From Candidatus Latescibacterota bacterium (GTDB lineage: Bacteria > Latescibacterota > UBA2968 > UBA8231), in assembly GCA_965215195.1 (NCBI GenBank), contig CBDCDC010000002.1, positions 192,001-256,000 of the forward strand: a stretch of DNA of 64,000 nt, given 5' to 3'. The position numbers and the translations under genes were made by a program. This document shows positions 38,904 through 49,443 of this stretch, one piece after another (the stretch's first letter is position 1; each line of letters opens with the position of its first letter). The notes under the pieces were generated by a model that was not told the origin of the DNA, did not search any database, and worked only from the letters and a program-made list of their open reading frames with translations.

Positions 38904-40340
38904 ATGCTGTTATGGAAGCGAGCAAACGCCCTGCTAGTCGTCGTTTTAGGCGTGGTGGCCTGTTCCGATCCGCCGGTCGCGCCGGAGCCGGCGGGCAAAG
39001 CCCTCGGGCAGGCCGAGGCCGATAGCACGCCGTCGGACGCTGCAACCGACAGCCCCACGCCAGCCGTCGTCTCGTTTGCCGATGCCAACTTAGAGCGTGC
39101 GGTGCGGCGGACGCTGAACAAGCCCGAAGGCCCGCTGACCGCCGACGATCTGGCGTCCCTGACGAAGCTCGACGTAGAATGGCAAGACGTCTCAGGCATT
39201 GAGAGCTTGGCCGGCCTCGAACACGCGACAGCGCTGGACACGCTGAACCTGTGGGGCAACCAGATTGCGGATTTGAGTCCGTTGGCAGGCTTGACCAGCC
39301 TGACCCACCTGAACTTAGGGCACAATCAGGTGGCGGATGTGGGTGCGTTGGCGGGGTTGACCAATTTGAAATGGCTGAGTCTGTGGGGCAACGAAGTGGC
39401 GGACGTGAGTGCGTTGTCGGGGTTGACAAAGCTGACTTACCTGAGTCTGTGGGGCAACCAGATTGAAGCGGTGAGTGCGTTGGCGGGCTTGACGAAGCTG
39501 ACCTCGCTGGATTTGGGGCACAATCAGGTGGCGGATGTGCGGCCGTTGGATAGCCTGACCCGGCTGGACTGGCTGGGCTTGGTGGACAATCTCATTCGCC
39601 AACCGGACCTCGCCGAACAGGTGCCCACCTTGATAGAGCAGGACGTCAAGATTTCCGTCGTCCTGCCGAACCCGCAACCACCCCCGGCCCCGGCTCCACC
39701 CCCGACTCCGGCTCCACCCCCGGCCCCGGTAGTCGTCTCGTTCGCCGACGCCAACTTAGAGGGTGCGGTGCGGCAGGCGCTGGGTAAACCGGAAGGCGAA
39801 CTTACATCCGCGGATCTGGCGTCCCTAACGCGGCTTGACGCAGACGATCTAAACATTGAGAGCTTGGCCGGCCTCGAACACGCGACGGCACTGAGCTATC
39901 TGGCTCTGATTGGCAACCCGATTTCGGATGTGAGTCCGTTGGCGAGCCTGACCAAGTTGGAAGAGCTGGATCTGAATGGCACGTCCATTGGGGATGTGGG
40001 GGTGGCTTCGCTGTCGAGCCTGACCAACCTGACATTTCTGGATCTGGGTGGCACGTCCATTGGGGATGCGGGGGTGGCTGAGTTGACGAGCCTGACCAAG
40101 TTGGAAGAGCTGAATCTGCATAGCACGTCCATTGGGGATGCGGGGGTGGCTTCGCTGTCGAGCCTGACCAAGTTGGAAGATCTGGGTCTGAGTAACACGT
40201 CCATTACGGATGTGAGTCCGTTGCTCAGTCTGACCAACTTGCAATGGCTGTGGCTGAGGCGCGTTACCACCCTCAGTGCCGCGTCAATCAACACACACAT
40301 CCCCGCCCTTGAAGCAGCAGGCGTTACGGTCCAGCGATAA
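38904..40340 (+). CDS. LRR lipoprotein paralog 2
   Basis: Same architecture; RBS AAGGAGG before ATG 38904. Confidence 0.92.
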   Translation: MLLWKRANALLVVVLGVVACSDPPVAPEPAGKALGQAEADSTPSDAATDSPTPAVVSFADANLERAVRRTLNKPEGPLTADDLASLTKLDVEWQDVSGIESLAGLEHATALDTLNLWGNQIADLSPLAGLTSLTHLNLGHNQVADVGALAGLTNLKWLSLWGNEVADVSALSGLTKLTYLSLWGNQIEAVSALAGLTKLTSLDLGHNQVADVRPLDSLTRLDWLGLVDNLIRQPDLAEQVPTLIEQDVKISVVLPNPQPPPAPAPPPTPAPPPAPVVVSFADANLEGAVRQALGKPEGELTSADLASLTRLDADDLNIESLAGLEHATALSYLALIGNPISDVSPLASLTKLEELDLNGTSIGDVGVASLSSLTNLTFLDLGGTSIGDAGVAELTSLTKLEELNLHSTSIGDAGVASLSSLTKLEDLGLSNTSITDVSPLLSLTNLQWLWLRRVTTLSAASINTHIPALEAAGVTVQR

Positions 40341-40437
40341 TGAAAACCCTCATTCTTGTAGTAGGGGTGTTTCATGTCTGTGGACGATTCCGCTGAGAAG
40401 CCCATCGGGTGATCGACGAACACAAACGGATGGTTCA

Positions 40438-40542
40438 TATAGCAATCCTACCTCATTCACAAGGTGATCCGCAGGTGGACGCAGATAGGATGCCTAAGAC
40501 GATCCACCGCTCGAATCATTCAAATCATTCTGGATTGCTATA
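40438..40542. mobile_element. MITE family C (IS630-like ends, TA duplication)
   Basis: TA-TAGCAATCC...GGATTGCTA-TA; the homologous empty site TGGTTCATATCGGTAAAA is at 38821. Confidence 0.75.
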
Positions 40543-41340
40543 TCTGCAAAAAGAATGGGCTCAATAGACACCCCTCTTGCGGCGGCTGGGCGGGTCGGTG
40601 GGTCGGGGTCCTGTTGGCTTGGTCCGACGCGCCCCCCGCCGGTCCGTCCCCGCCGCCCGTGTAATCCACTACCGAGTAAGGGGTCGTGGGTCCCTTTTAA
40701 TTTTTTGGGACGTTTTGCCTTTTTATTTGGGGACCTTACTACACGACACCAGCCCTCAGCCTGCCAAGGATCGCGGGCATCTTGCCTTCGTCGAGGGCGG
40801 GACGCCCTCGATCCCGGACACCTCGGAAACAGCAGAAAATGCGTACTCAAAGTAAGTGTCGCCTACTTTAGGTGTCGTGTACTAAGGTCGGGGACTGAAA
40901 TTTTCAACCATCCCTTGATTTATATTCACGCTTACTTATGATTATTAAAGGCCGTGAGAGTTCGTATTTGTCTTTTACGCTCATCGTAAAGCGCGTGGTG
41001 TCCCGAATATCCTACTGATTCTCAACTTGTTAAAAAACATTAACGTACCCTCCTCCGCCCGCAAAATTTCTCTCGAGCGCGTAGCGCTCAATTCTCTACT
41101 GCTCAAGCACCGGCGATGGCTCCCACGCAGCCGTTTGGCGATCCGTCCCAACCCTCGCCGCCTGCTGCCCGTGCGGCCTTCGTCTGGCCGCCGTGACCGT
41201 CGTCTGCTATGGCGGCCGGTTCCTGCACCGGAACACCCGTATCCTAGTATGATCGAGATGTGATACAGGTGACCGTCGTCTGCCATGGCGGCCGGTTCCT
41301 GTTCCTGATTCCTCAAACCGTTTATAGAAGGAGACAAACA
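40543..41340 (+). repeat. About 0.8-kb upstream region duplicated at 43051-43870, with a diverged copy at 49643-50171
   Basis: Near-identical sequence seen by direct comparison. Confidence 0.9.
40735..40886. mobile_element. MITE family A, copy 2 (152 bp, inverted relative to copy 1)
   Basis: CTTACTACACGACACC...GGTGTCGTGTACTAAG; empty site ATCCGGGGACTG at about 49821. Confidence 0.85.
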
Positions 41341-42750
41341 ATGCTGTTATGGAAGCGAATAAACGCCCTGCTGGTCGTCGTTTTAGGCGTGGTGGCCTGT
41401 TCGGACCCGCCGGTGGCACCGACACCGGCGGGCAAAGCCCTCGGGCAGGCCGAGGCCGATAGTACGCAGTCGGACGCTGCAACCGACAGCCCCGCGCCAG
41501 CCGTCGTCTCGTTTGCCGATGCCAACTTGGAGCTTGCGGTGCGGCGGACGTTGAACAAACTCGAAGGCCGGCTGACCGCCGACGATCTGGCGTCCCTGAC
41601 GCGGCTCGACGTAGAGCGGCAAGACGTCTCAGGCGTTGAGAGCTTGGCCGGCCTCGAACACTGTACGGCACTGGACACGCTGAGTCTGTGGGGCAACCAG
41701 ATTGCGGATTTGAGTCCGTTGGCAGGCTTGACCCAGCTAAGCTATCTGAACCTCGGGAATAATCAGGTGGCGGATGTGGGTGCGTTGGCGGGGTTGACCA
41801 ACTTGCAGTGGCTGAGTCTGTGGGGCAACGAAGTGGCGGATCTGAGTCCGTTGGCAGGCTTAACCCAGCTAACTTACCTGAACCTGTGGGGCAATGCGAT
41901 TGAAGCGGTGAGTGCGTTGGCGGAGTTAACGAAGCTGACCTCGCTGGAGTTGGGGCACAACGCGGTGGTGGATGTGGGTCCGTTGGATGGTCTGACCCGG
42001 CTGGACTGGCTGGGCTTGTTGGACAATCCCATTCGCCAAGGGGACCTCGCCGAACAGGTGCCCACCTTGATAGAGCAGGGCGTCAAGATCTCCGTCGTTC
42101 TACCGAACCCACAATCACCGGCTCCACCCCCGGCCCCGGTAGTCGTCTCGTTCGCCGACGCCAATCTGGAGGATGCGGTGCGGCAGGCGCTGGGGCAACC
42201 GGAAGGCGAACTTACCTCCGCGGATCTGGCGTCCCTAACGCGGCTTGAAGCAAGCAATCTAAGCATTCAGAGCTTGGCCGGCCTCGAACACGCGACGGCA
42301 CTGATCTATCTGGAGCTGTCTGTCAACCGGATTTCGGATGTGAGTCCGTTGCTCAGCCTGACCAACTTGGAAACGCTGGATCTGGGTAGCACGGCCATTA
42401 CGGATGCGGGGGTGGCTTCGTTGACGCGCCTGACCAACTTGAAATCGCTGGATCTGGTTGACACGGACATTGGGGATGCGGGTGTGGCTTCGCTGTCGCG
42501 CCTGACCAACTTGGAAACGCTGATTCTGGCTTTCACGGACATTGGGGATGCGGGTGTGGCTTCGTTGACGCGCCTGACCAACTTGGAAACGCTGAGTCTG
42601 ACTTCCACGGACATTACGGATGTGAGTCCGTTGCTCAGCCTGACCAAGTTGACAGATCTGTATCTGAGGGACGTTACTACCCTCAGTGCCGCGTCAATCA
42701 ACACACACATCCCCGCCCTCAAAGCAGCAGGCGTTACGGTCACCCAATAA
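41341..42750 (+). CDS. LRR lipoprotein paralog 3
   Basis: Same architecture; start MLLWKRIN. Confidence 0.92.
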   Translation: MLLWKRINALLVVVLGVVACSDPPVAPTPAGKALGQAEADSTQSDAATDSPAPAVVSFADANLELAVRRTLNKLEGRLTADDLASLTRLDVERQDVSGVESLAGLEHCTALDTLSLWGNQIADLSPLAGLTQLSYLNLGNNQVADVGALAGLTNLQWLSLWGNEVADLSPLAGLTQLTYLNLWGNAIEAVSALAELTKLTSLELGHNAVVDVGPLDGLTRLDWLGLLDNPIRQGDLAEQVPTLIEQGVKISVVLPNPQSPAPPPAPVVVSFADANLEDAVRQALGQPEGELTSADLASLTRLEASNLSIQSLAGLEHATALIYLELSVNRISDVSPLLSLTNLETLDLGSTAITDAGVASLTRLTNLKSLDLVDTDIGDAGVASLSRLTNLETLILAFTDIGDAGVASLTRLTNLETLSLTSTDITDVSPLLSLTKLTDLYLRDVTTLSAASINTHIPALKAAGVTVTQ

Positions 42751-42822
42751 TGTCTTGTAGTAGAGGTGTTTCATGTCGCTGGACGAAGAAGCCCATCGGG
42801 TGATATACGAACACAATCTGTA

Positions 42823-43050
42823 ACTGATGTTCCGCATCCCCTGCCTTGGCAGGGGCAGGCTCTTATGCCGCGTCTGCTGCTTGCGGCCGCCGGTCGGGTG
42901 TCATTGCCGCGCTTGGCCGGACAAGCGGGCTTCGGCGTTGAGGGCCGTTGAAACGTGAAGTAGGCAGGACGGTAGGGCATAACGATCGTTATGCCCTACT
43001 TTGCTAGATGCGCAAGGAGCACCAACGCCTGAATGGCGCGTAACATCAGT
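42823..43050. mobile_element. MITE family B, copy 1 (228 bp), carrying a GTAG-type REP palindrome
   Basis: TIRs ACTGATGTTCCGC / GCGTAACATCAGT; flanks CTGTA/CTGCA; internal GTAGGGCATAACGATCGTTATGCCCTAC. Confidence 0.8.
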
Positions 43051-43240
43051 CTGCAAAAAGAATGGTCTCAATATCCGTTCTCTTGCGGCGGCTGGGCGGG
43101 TCGGTGGGTCGGGGTCCTGTTGGCTTGGTCCGACGCGCCCCCCGCCGGTCCGTCCCCGCCGCCCGTGTAATCCACTACCGAGTAAGGGGTCGTGGGTCCC
43201 TTTTAATTTTTTGGGACGTTTTGCCTTTTTATTTGGGGAC

Positions 43241-43392
43241 CTTACTACACGACACCAGCCCTCAGCCTGCCAAGGATCGAGGGCATCTTGCCCTCGTCGA
43301 GGGCGGGACGCCCTCGAGCCCGGACCCATCGGAAACCGCAGAAAAGGCGTACTCAAAGTAAGGGTCGCCTACTTTAGGGGTCGTGTACTAAG
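43241..43392. mobile_element. MITE family A, copy 3 (152 bp)
   Basis: Same ends and same site as copy 2, within the duplicated upstream region. Confidence 0.85.
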
Positions 43393-43420
43393 TGCGGGAA
43401 TTGAAATTTTCAACCATCCC

Positions 43421-43448
43421 TTGATTTATATTTACGCTTCCTTATAAT
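43421..43448 (+). promoter_or_regulatory. Sigma70-like promoter for LRR paralog 4 (homolog near 40915)
   Basis: TTGATT-16 nt-TATAAT in an AT-rich patch. Confidence 0.5.
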
Positions 43449-43870
43449 TATTAAAGGCTGTGAGAGTTCGTATTTGTCTTTTAGGCTTATGGTAAAGCGC
43501 GTGGTATCTCGAATATCCTACCGATTCTCGACTTGTTAAAAGTGTCCCGAATATCCTATCGATTCTCGACTTGTTAAAAAACAGCCTCCCTCAAAATTTC
43601 TCTCGAGCGCGTAGCGCTCAATTCTCTACTGCTCAAGCACTGGCGACGGCTCCCAAGCGGCCGTTCGGCGAGTTGTCCCGCCCCTCGCCGCCTGCTGCCT
43701 GTGCGACCTTCGTCTGTACGCCGTGACCGTCGTCTGCCGTGGCGGCCGGTTCCTGCACCGGAACACCCGTATCTTGGTATGATCGACATGTGATACAGGT
43801 GACCGTCGTCTGCCGTGGCGGCCGGTTCCTGTTCCTGATTCCTCAGACCTTTTATAGAAGGAGACAAACA

Positions 43871-45817
43871 ATGCCGTTATGGAAGCGAATAAACGCCCTG
43901 CTGGTCGTCCTCGTTTTAGGCGTGGTGGCCTGTTCGGACCCGCCGGTCGCGCCGGCACCGGCGGGCAAAGCCCTCGGGCAGGCCGAGGCCGATAGCACAC
44001 AGTCGGACGCTGCAACCGATAGCCCCGCGCTAGCCGTCGGCTCGTTTGCCGACGCCAACTTAGAGCTTGCGGTGCGGCGGACGTTGAACAAACTCGAAGG
44101 CCCGCTGACCGCCGACGATCTGGCGTCCCTGACGAAGCTTGACGTAGAATGGCAAGACGTTCAGGGCATTGAGAGCTTGGCCGGCCTCGAACACGCGACA
44201 GCACTGGACACGCTGAACCTGTGGGGCAACGCGGTGGCGGATTTGAGTCCGTTGGCAGGGTTGACCCAGTTGACCCACCTGAACTTGGGGGACAATCAGG
44301 TGGTGGATGTGGGTCCGTTGTCGGGGTTGACCAACTTGCAATGGCTGAGTCTGTGGGGCAACGAAGTGGCGGACGTGAATGCGTTGTCGGGGTTGACGAA
44401 GCTGACCTACCTGAACCTGTGGGGCAACGCGATTGAAGAGGTGAGTGCGTTGTCGGAGTTGACGAAGCTGACCTCGCTGAGCTTGGGGCACAACGCGGTG
44501 GTGGATGTAGGTCCGTTGGACGGCCTGACCCGGCTGGACTGGCTGGGCTTGGAGGGCAATCCCATCGGCCAACGGAACCGCGCCGAAATACCGAACCCAC
44601 AACCCCCGGCTCCGGGTTCACCCTCGGCTCCGGGTTCACCTCCGACGCCGGATACCCCCTCGACGCCGGATACCCCTCCGACGCCGGATACCCCCTCGGC
44701 TCCGGATACCCCCTCGGCTCCGGATCCACCATTGACTCCGGGTTCACCCCCGACTCCGGATCCACCTCCGACTCCGGATCCACCTCCGACTCCGGATCCA
44801 CCTCCGACTCCGGATCCACCTCCGACTCCGGATCCACCATTGACTCCGGATCCACCTCCGACTCCGGATCCACCTCCGACTCCGGATCCACCTCCGACTC
44901 CGGATCCACCACCGGACCCGGTAGTCGTCTCGTTCGCCGATGCCAACCTGGAGAGTTTGGTGCGGGGGCAACTGGGTAAACCGACAGGTGCGCTTACATC
45001 CGAGGATCTGGCGTCCCTAACGACGCTTGACGCAGACCGTGAATCCATTCAGAGCTTGGCCGGCCTCGAACACGCTACGGCACTGACTTGGCTGGACCTG
45101 ACTGAGAACTCGGCTCTTGCGGATGTGAGTCCGTTGTCGAGCCTGCCCAAATTGGGAAAGCTGTATCTAAGTGGCACGGCCGTTGGGGATGCGGGTGTGG
45201 CTTCGTTGTCGAGCCTGCCCAAACTGAAAGATCTGAGGCTGGCTTCCACGTCCATTACGGATGCGGGTATGAGCTCGTTGTCGAGCCTGACCAAATTGGA
45301 AACGCTGATTCTGAATAAAACGTCCATTACGGATGCGGGTGTGGCTTCGCTGTCGAGCCTGACCAGATTGAAAGATCTGAGGCTGGGTTCCACGTCCGTT
45401 ACGGATGCGGGTATGAGCTCGTTGTCGAGCCTGACCAAATTGGACGTGCTGTGGCTGGCTTCCACGTCCATTGGGGATGCGGGGTTGGCGTCGTTGACGA
45501 GCCTGACCAAAGTGAGATCGCTGTATCTGAGTAGCACGTCCGTTACGGATGCGGGGGTGGCTTCGTTGTTGAGCCTGACCAAATTGGAAGTGCTGAATCT
45601 GAGTGACACGTCCATTACGGATGCGGGTGTGGCTTCGTTGTCGAGCCTGACCAACTTGAAAGCGCTGTATCTGAAAAACACGTCCATTACGGATGTGAGT
45701 CCGTTGCTCAGCCTGACCAACTTGAAAGCGCTGTGGGTGACTGGCACTACCCTCAGTGCCGAGTCAATCAACGAACACATCCCCGCCCTTGAAGCAGCAG
45801 GCGTTACGGTTCACTGA
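43871..45817 (+). CDS. LRR lipoprotein paralog 4 (longest linker and C-terminal LRR module)
   Basis: Same architecture; PDPPPT repeat linker. Confidence 0.92.
   Translation: MPLWKRINALLVVLVLGVVACSDPPVAPAPAGKALGQAEADSTQSDAATDSPALAVGSFADANLELAVRRTLNKLEGPLTADDLASLTKLDVEWQDVQGIESLAGLEHATALDTLNLWGNAVADLSPLAGLTQLTHLNLGDNQVVDVGPLSGLTNLQWLSLWGNEVADVNALSGLTKLTYLNLWGNAIEEVSALSELTKLTSLSLGHNAVVDVGPLDGLTRLDWLGLEGNPIGQRNRAEIPNPQPPAPGSPSAPGSPPTPDTPSTPDTPPTPDTPSAPDTPSAPDPPLTPGSPPTPDPPPTPDPPPTPDPPPTPDPPPTPDPPLTPDPPPTPDPPPTPDPPPTPDPPPDPVVVSFADANLESLVRGQLGKPTGALTSEDLASLTTLDADRESIQSLAGLEHATALTWLDLTENSALADVSPLSSLPKLGKLYLSGTAVGDAGVASLSSLPKLKDLRLASTSITDAGMSSLSSLTKLETLILNKTSITDAGVASLSSLTRLKDLRLGSTSVTDAGMSSLSSLTKLDVLWLASTSIGDAGLASLTSLTKVRSLYLSSTSVTDAGVASLLSLTKLEVLNLSDTSITDAGVASLSSLTNLKALYLKNTSITDVSPLLSLTNLKALWVTGTTLSAESINEHIPALEAAGVTVH
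44606..44920 (+). repeat. 18-bp tandem repeat (consensus CCGGATCCACCTCCGACT; PDPPPT)
   Basis: About 17 imperfect units in the linker of paralog 4. Confidence 0.92.
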
Positions 45818-45962
45818 TAATGAAAACCCTTATTCTTGTAGTAGGGTGTTTCATGTCTGTGGACGATCTCGCTGAGAAGCCCATCGGGTGATATACGAAC
45901 ACAAATGGAACACCTAGCACCATTGGTTATTTAACCCTTTATTTAGTAGAAGGAGACAAACA

Positions 45963-47609
45963 ATGCTGTTATGGAAGCGAATAAACGCTCTGCTGGTCGT
46001 CCTCGTTTTAGGCGTGGTGGCCTGTTCGGACCCGCCGGTCGCGCCGGCACCGGCGGGCAAAGCCCTCGGGCAGGCCGAGGCCGATAGCACGCAGTCGGAC
46101 GCTGCAACCGGTAGCCCCGCGCTAGAAGTCGGCTCGTTTGCCGACGCCAACTTAGAGCTTGCGGTGCGGCGGACGCTGAACAAACTCGAAGGCCCGCTGA
46201 CCGCCGACGATCTGGCGTCCCTGACGAAGCTCGACGTAGAACGGCAAGACGTCTCAGGCATTGAGAGCTTGGCCGGCCTTGAACACGCGACGGCACTGGA
46301 CACGCTGAACCTGTGGGGCAACCAGATTGTGGATTTGAGTCCGTTGGCCGGGTTGACCAGTCTGACCTATCTGAACTTAGGGGACAATCAGGTGGTGGAT
46401 GTGGGTCCGTTGGCGGGCTTGACCAACTTGCAATGGCTGAGTCTGTGGGGCAACGAAGTGGCGGACGTGAGTGCGTTGGCAGGCTTAACCCAGCTAACTT
46501 ACCTGAACCTGTGGGGCAACCAGATTGAAGCGGTGAGTGCGTTGGCGGAGTTGACGGAGCTGACCTCGCTGAGCTTGGGGCACAATCAGGTGGCGGACGT
46601 GAGTCCGTTGGATAGCCTGACCCAACTCGACTGGTTGGGCTTGGTGGACAATCCCATTCGCGAACAGGACCTCGCCGAACAGGTGCCCACCTTGATAGAA
46701 CAGGCCGTCAAGGTCTCCGTCGTCCGACAGGCCCCGGTTTCACCCCCGGCCTCGGTAGCAGCCCCGGCTTCATCCCCGGACCCGGTAGTCGTCTCGTTCG
46801 CCGACGCCAATCTGGAGGGTGCGGTGCGGCAGGAGCTGGATAAACCGACAGGCGAACTTACATCCGCGGATCTGGCGTCCCTAACGCGGCTTAAAGCAAA
46901 CGGTCTAAGCATTCAGAGCTTGGCCGGCCTCGAACACGCGACGGCACTGAGCCATCTGGAGCTGCTTGCCAACCAGATTACGGATGTGAGTCCGTTGCTC
47001 AGCCTGACCAACTTGCAAACGCTGGAGCTGGGTGAAGCGGCCATTGGGAATGCGGGTGTGGCTTCGTTGTCGAGCCTGACCAGCCTGAAAAGGCTTAGTC
47101 TGAATAGCAGGTCCATTACGGATGCGGGTGTGGCTTCGTTGACGAGCCTGACCAACTTGAAAACGCTGAATCTGAGTTTAACGTCCATTGGGAATGCGGG
47201 GTTGGCTTCGTTGTCGGGCCTGACCAAGTTGGAAACGCTGGATCTGGGTAGCACGTACTTTACGGACGCGGGGTTGGCTTCGTTGACGAGCCTGACCAAC
47301 CTGAAAACGCTGTGGCTGAGTAGCACGGGCACTACGGATGCGGGTGTGGCTTCGTTGACGAGCCTGACCAAGTTGGAATTGCTGGGTCTGGGTAGAACGT
47401 CCATTACGGATGCGGGTGTGGCTTCGTTGACGAGCCTGACCAACCTGAAAACGCTGTATCTGAATAGCACGTCCATTACGGATGTGAGTCCGTTGCTCAG
47501 CCTGACCAAGTTGAAAACGCTGTGGCTGACTGGCACTAGCCTCAGTGCCGCGTCAATCAACACACACATCCCCGCCCTCAAAGCAAAAGGCGTTGCGGTC
47601 CAGCAATAG
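45963..47609 (+). CDS. LRR lipoprotein paralog 5
   Basis: Same architecture. Confidence 0.92.
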   Translation: MLLWKRINALLVVLVLGVVACSDPPVAPAPAGKALGQAEADSTQSDAATGSPALEVGSFADANLELAVRRTLNKLEGPLTADDLASLTKLDVERQDVSGIESLAGLEHATALDTLNLWGNQIVDLSPLAGLTSLTYLNLGDNQVVDVGPLAGLTNLQWLSLWGNEVADVSALAGLTQLTYLNLWGNQIEAVSALAELTELTSLSLGHNQVADVSPLDSLTQLDWLGLVDNPIREQDLAEQVPTLIEQAVKVSVVRQAPVSPPASVAAPASSPDPVVVSFADANLEGAVRQELDKPTGELTSADLASLTRLKANGLSIQSLAGLEHATALSHLELLANQITDVSPLLSLTNLQTLELGEAAIGNAGVASLSSLTSLKRLSLNSRSITDAGVASLTSLTNLKTLNLSLTSIGNAGLASLSGLTKLETLDLGSTYFTDAGLASLTSLTNLKTLWLSSTGTTDAGVASLTSLTKLELLGLGRTSITDAGVASLTSLTNLKTLYLNSTSITDVSPLLSLTKLKTLWLTGTSLSAASINTHIPALKAKGVAVQQ

Positions 47610-47626
47610 TTCTTGTAGTAGGGCTG

Positions 47627-47759
47627 CTTAGTACGCGACACCTAAAGTGGGTGCCACTTACTTTTGAGTACGCATTTTCTACTGTTTCCGATGGGTTCGG
47701 GATCGAGGGCGTCCCGCCCGCGATCCTTGGCAGGCTGAGGGCTGGTGTCGTGTAGTAAG
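47627..47759. mobile_element. MITE family A, copy 4 (133 bp, internal deletion)
   Basis: Perfect 9-bp flanking duplication GTAGGGCTG; empty homologous sites follow the other LRR genes. Confidence 0.88.
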
Positions 47760-47931
47760 GTAGGGCTGTTTCACGTCTGTGGACGATCCCGCTGAGAAGC
47801 CCATCGGGTGATCTACGAACACAATAGGTAGTAGCGATACGATTCTGTAAAAAGAATGGGCTCAATCGTCTGCCAAGGCGGTCGGTTCCTGTTCCTGATT
47901 CCTCAAACCTTTTGATAGAAGGAGACAAACA

Positions 47932-49344
47932 ATGCTGTTATGGAAGCGAATAAACGCCCTGCTGGTCGTCGTTTTAGGCATGGTGGCTTGTTCCGATCCG
48001 CCGGTGGCACCGGCGGGTAAAGCCCTCGGGCAGGCCGAGGCCGATAGTACGCAGTCGGACGCTGCAACCGATAGCCCTGCGCTAGAAGTCGGCTCGTTTG
48101 CCGACGCCAACTTAGAGCTTGCAGTGCGGCGGACGCTGAACAAACTCGAAGGCCCGCTGACCGCCGACGATCTGGCGTCCCTGACGAAGCTCGACGTAGA
48201 ACAGCAAGACGTCTCAGGCGTTGAGAGCTTGGCCGGCCTCGAACACGCGACGGCGCTGGACACGCTGAGTCTGTGGGGCAACCAGATTGCGGATTTGAGT
48301 CCGTTGGCAGGGTTGACTCAGCTAACTTACCTGAATCTGGGGAATAATCAGGTGGTGGATGTGGGTCCGTTGGCGGGGTTGACCAACTTGCAATGGCTGA
48401 GTCTGTGGGGCAACGAAGTGGCGGATTTAAGTCCGTTGGCAGGCTCGACGAAGCTGACCTACCTGAACCTGTGGGGCAACGCGGTGGCGGACGTGAGTGC
48501 ATTGTCGGAGTTGACGAAGCTGACCTCGCTGGACTTGGGGCACAATCAGGTGGCGGATGTGGGTCCGTTGGATGGTCTGACCCGGCTGGACTGGCTGGGC
48601 TTGTTGGACAATCCCATTCGCCAACGGGACCTCGCCGAACAGGTTCCCACCTTGCTAGAACAGGCCGTCAAGGTCTCCGTCGTCCGACAGGCCCCGGCTT
48701 CACCATCGGCCCCGGCTCCACCATCGGCCCCGGTAGTCGTCTCGTTCGTCGACGCCAATCTGGAGGGTGCGGTGCGGGGGCAACTGGGTAAACCGACAGG
48801 CGCGCTTACATCCGCGGATCTGGCGTCCCTAACGCGGCTTGAAGCAGTCGGTCTAAACATTCAGAGCTTGGCCGGCCTCGAATACGCGACGGCACTGAGC
48901 TATCTGGAGCTGCCTGTCAACCCGATTTCGGATGTGAGTCCGTTGGTGAGCCTGACCAACTTGGAAACGCTGGATCTGGGTAGCACGAAGATTACGGATG
49001 CGGGTGTGGCTTCGTTGGTGAGCCTGACCAACTTGAAATCGCTGGATCTGGTTGACACGGACATTACGGATGCGGGTGTGGCTTCGCTGTCGCGCCTGAC
49101 CAACTTGAAATCGCTGATTCTGGCTTTCACGGACATTACGGATGCGGGTGTGGCTTCGCTGTCGCGCCTGACCAACTTGGAAACGCTGTCGCTGACTTCC
49201 ACGTCCATTACGGATGTGAGTCCGTTGCTCAGCCTGACCAAGTTGAAAACGCTGTGGCTGAGGGACGTTACTACCCTCAGTGCCGCGTCAATCAACACAC
49301 ACATCCCCGCCCTTGAAGCAGCAGGCGTTAGGGTCGGCCGATAA
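47932..49344 (+). CDS. LRR lipoprotein paralog 6
   Basis: Same architecture; C-module nearly identical to paralog 3. Confidence 0.92.
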   Translation: MLLWKRINALLVVVLGMVACSDPPVAPAGKALGQAEADSTQSDAATDSPALEVGSFADANLELAVRRTLNKLEGPLTADDLASLTKLDVEQQDVSGVESLAGLEHATALDTLSLWGNQIADLSPLAGLTQLTYLNLGNNQVVDVGPLAGLTNLQWLSLWGNEVADLSPLAGSTKLTYLNLWGNAVADVSALSELTKLTSLDLGHNQVADVGPLDGLTRLDWLGLLDNPIRQRDLAEQVPTLLEQAVKVSVVRQAPASPSAPAPPSAPVVVSFVDANLEGAVRGQLGKPTGALTSADLASLTRLEAVGLNIQSLAGLEYATALSYLELPVNPISDVSPLVSLTNLETLDLGSTKITDAGVASLVSLTNLKSLDLVDTDITDAGVASLSRLTNLKSLILAFTDITDAGVASLSRLTNLETLSLTSTSITDVSPLLSLTKLKTLWLRDVTTLSAASINTHIPALEAAGVRVGR

Positions 49345-49443
49345 TGTCTTGTAGTAGGGTGTTTCATGTCGCTGGACGAAGAAGCCCATCGGGTGATCGA
49401 CGAACACAAATGGAACACCTAGCCCCATTGGTTCATATCTGTA

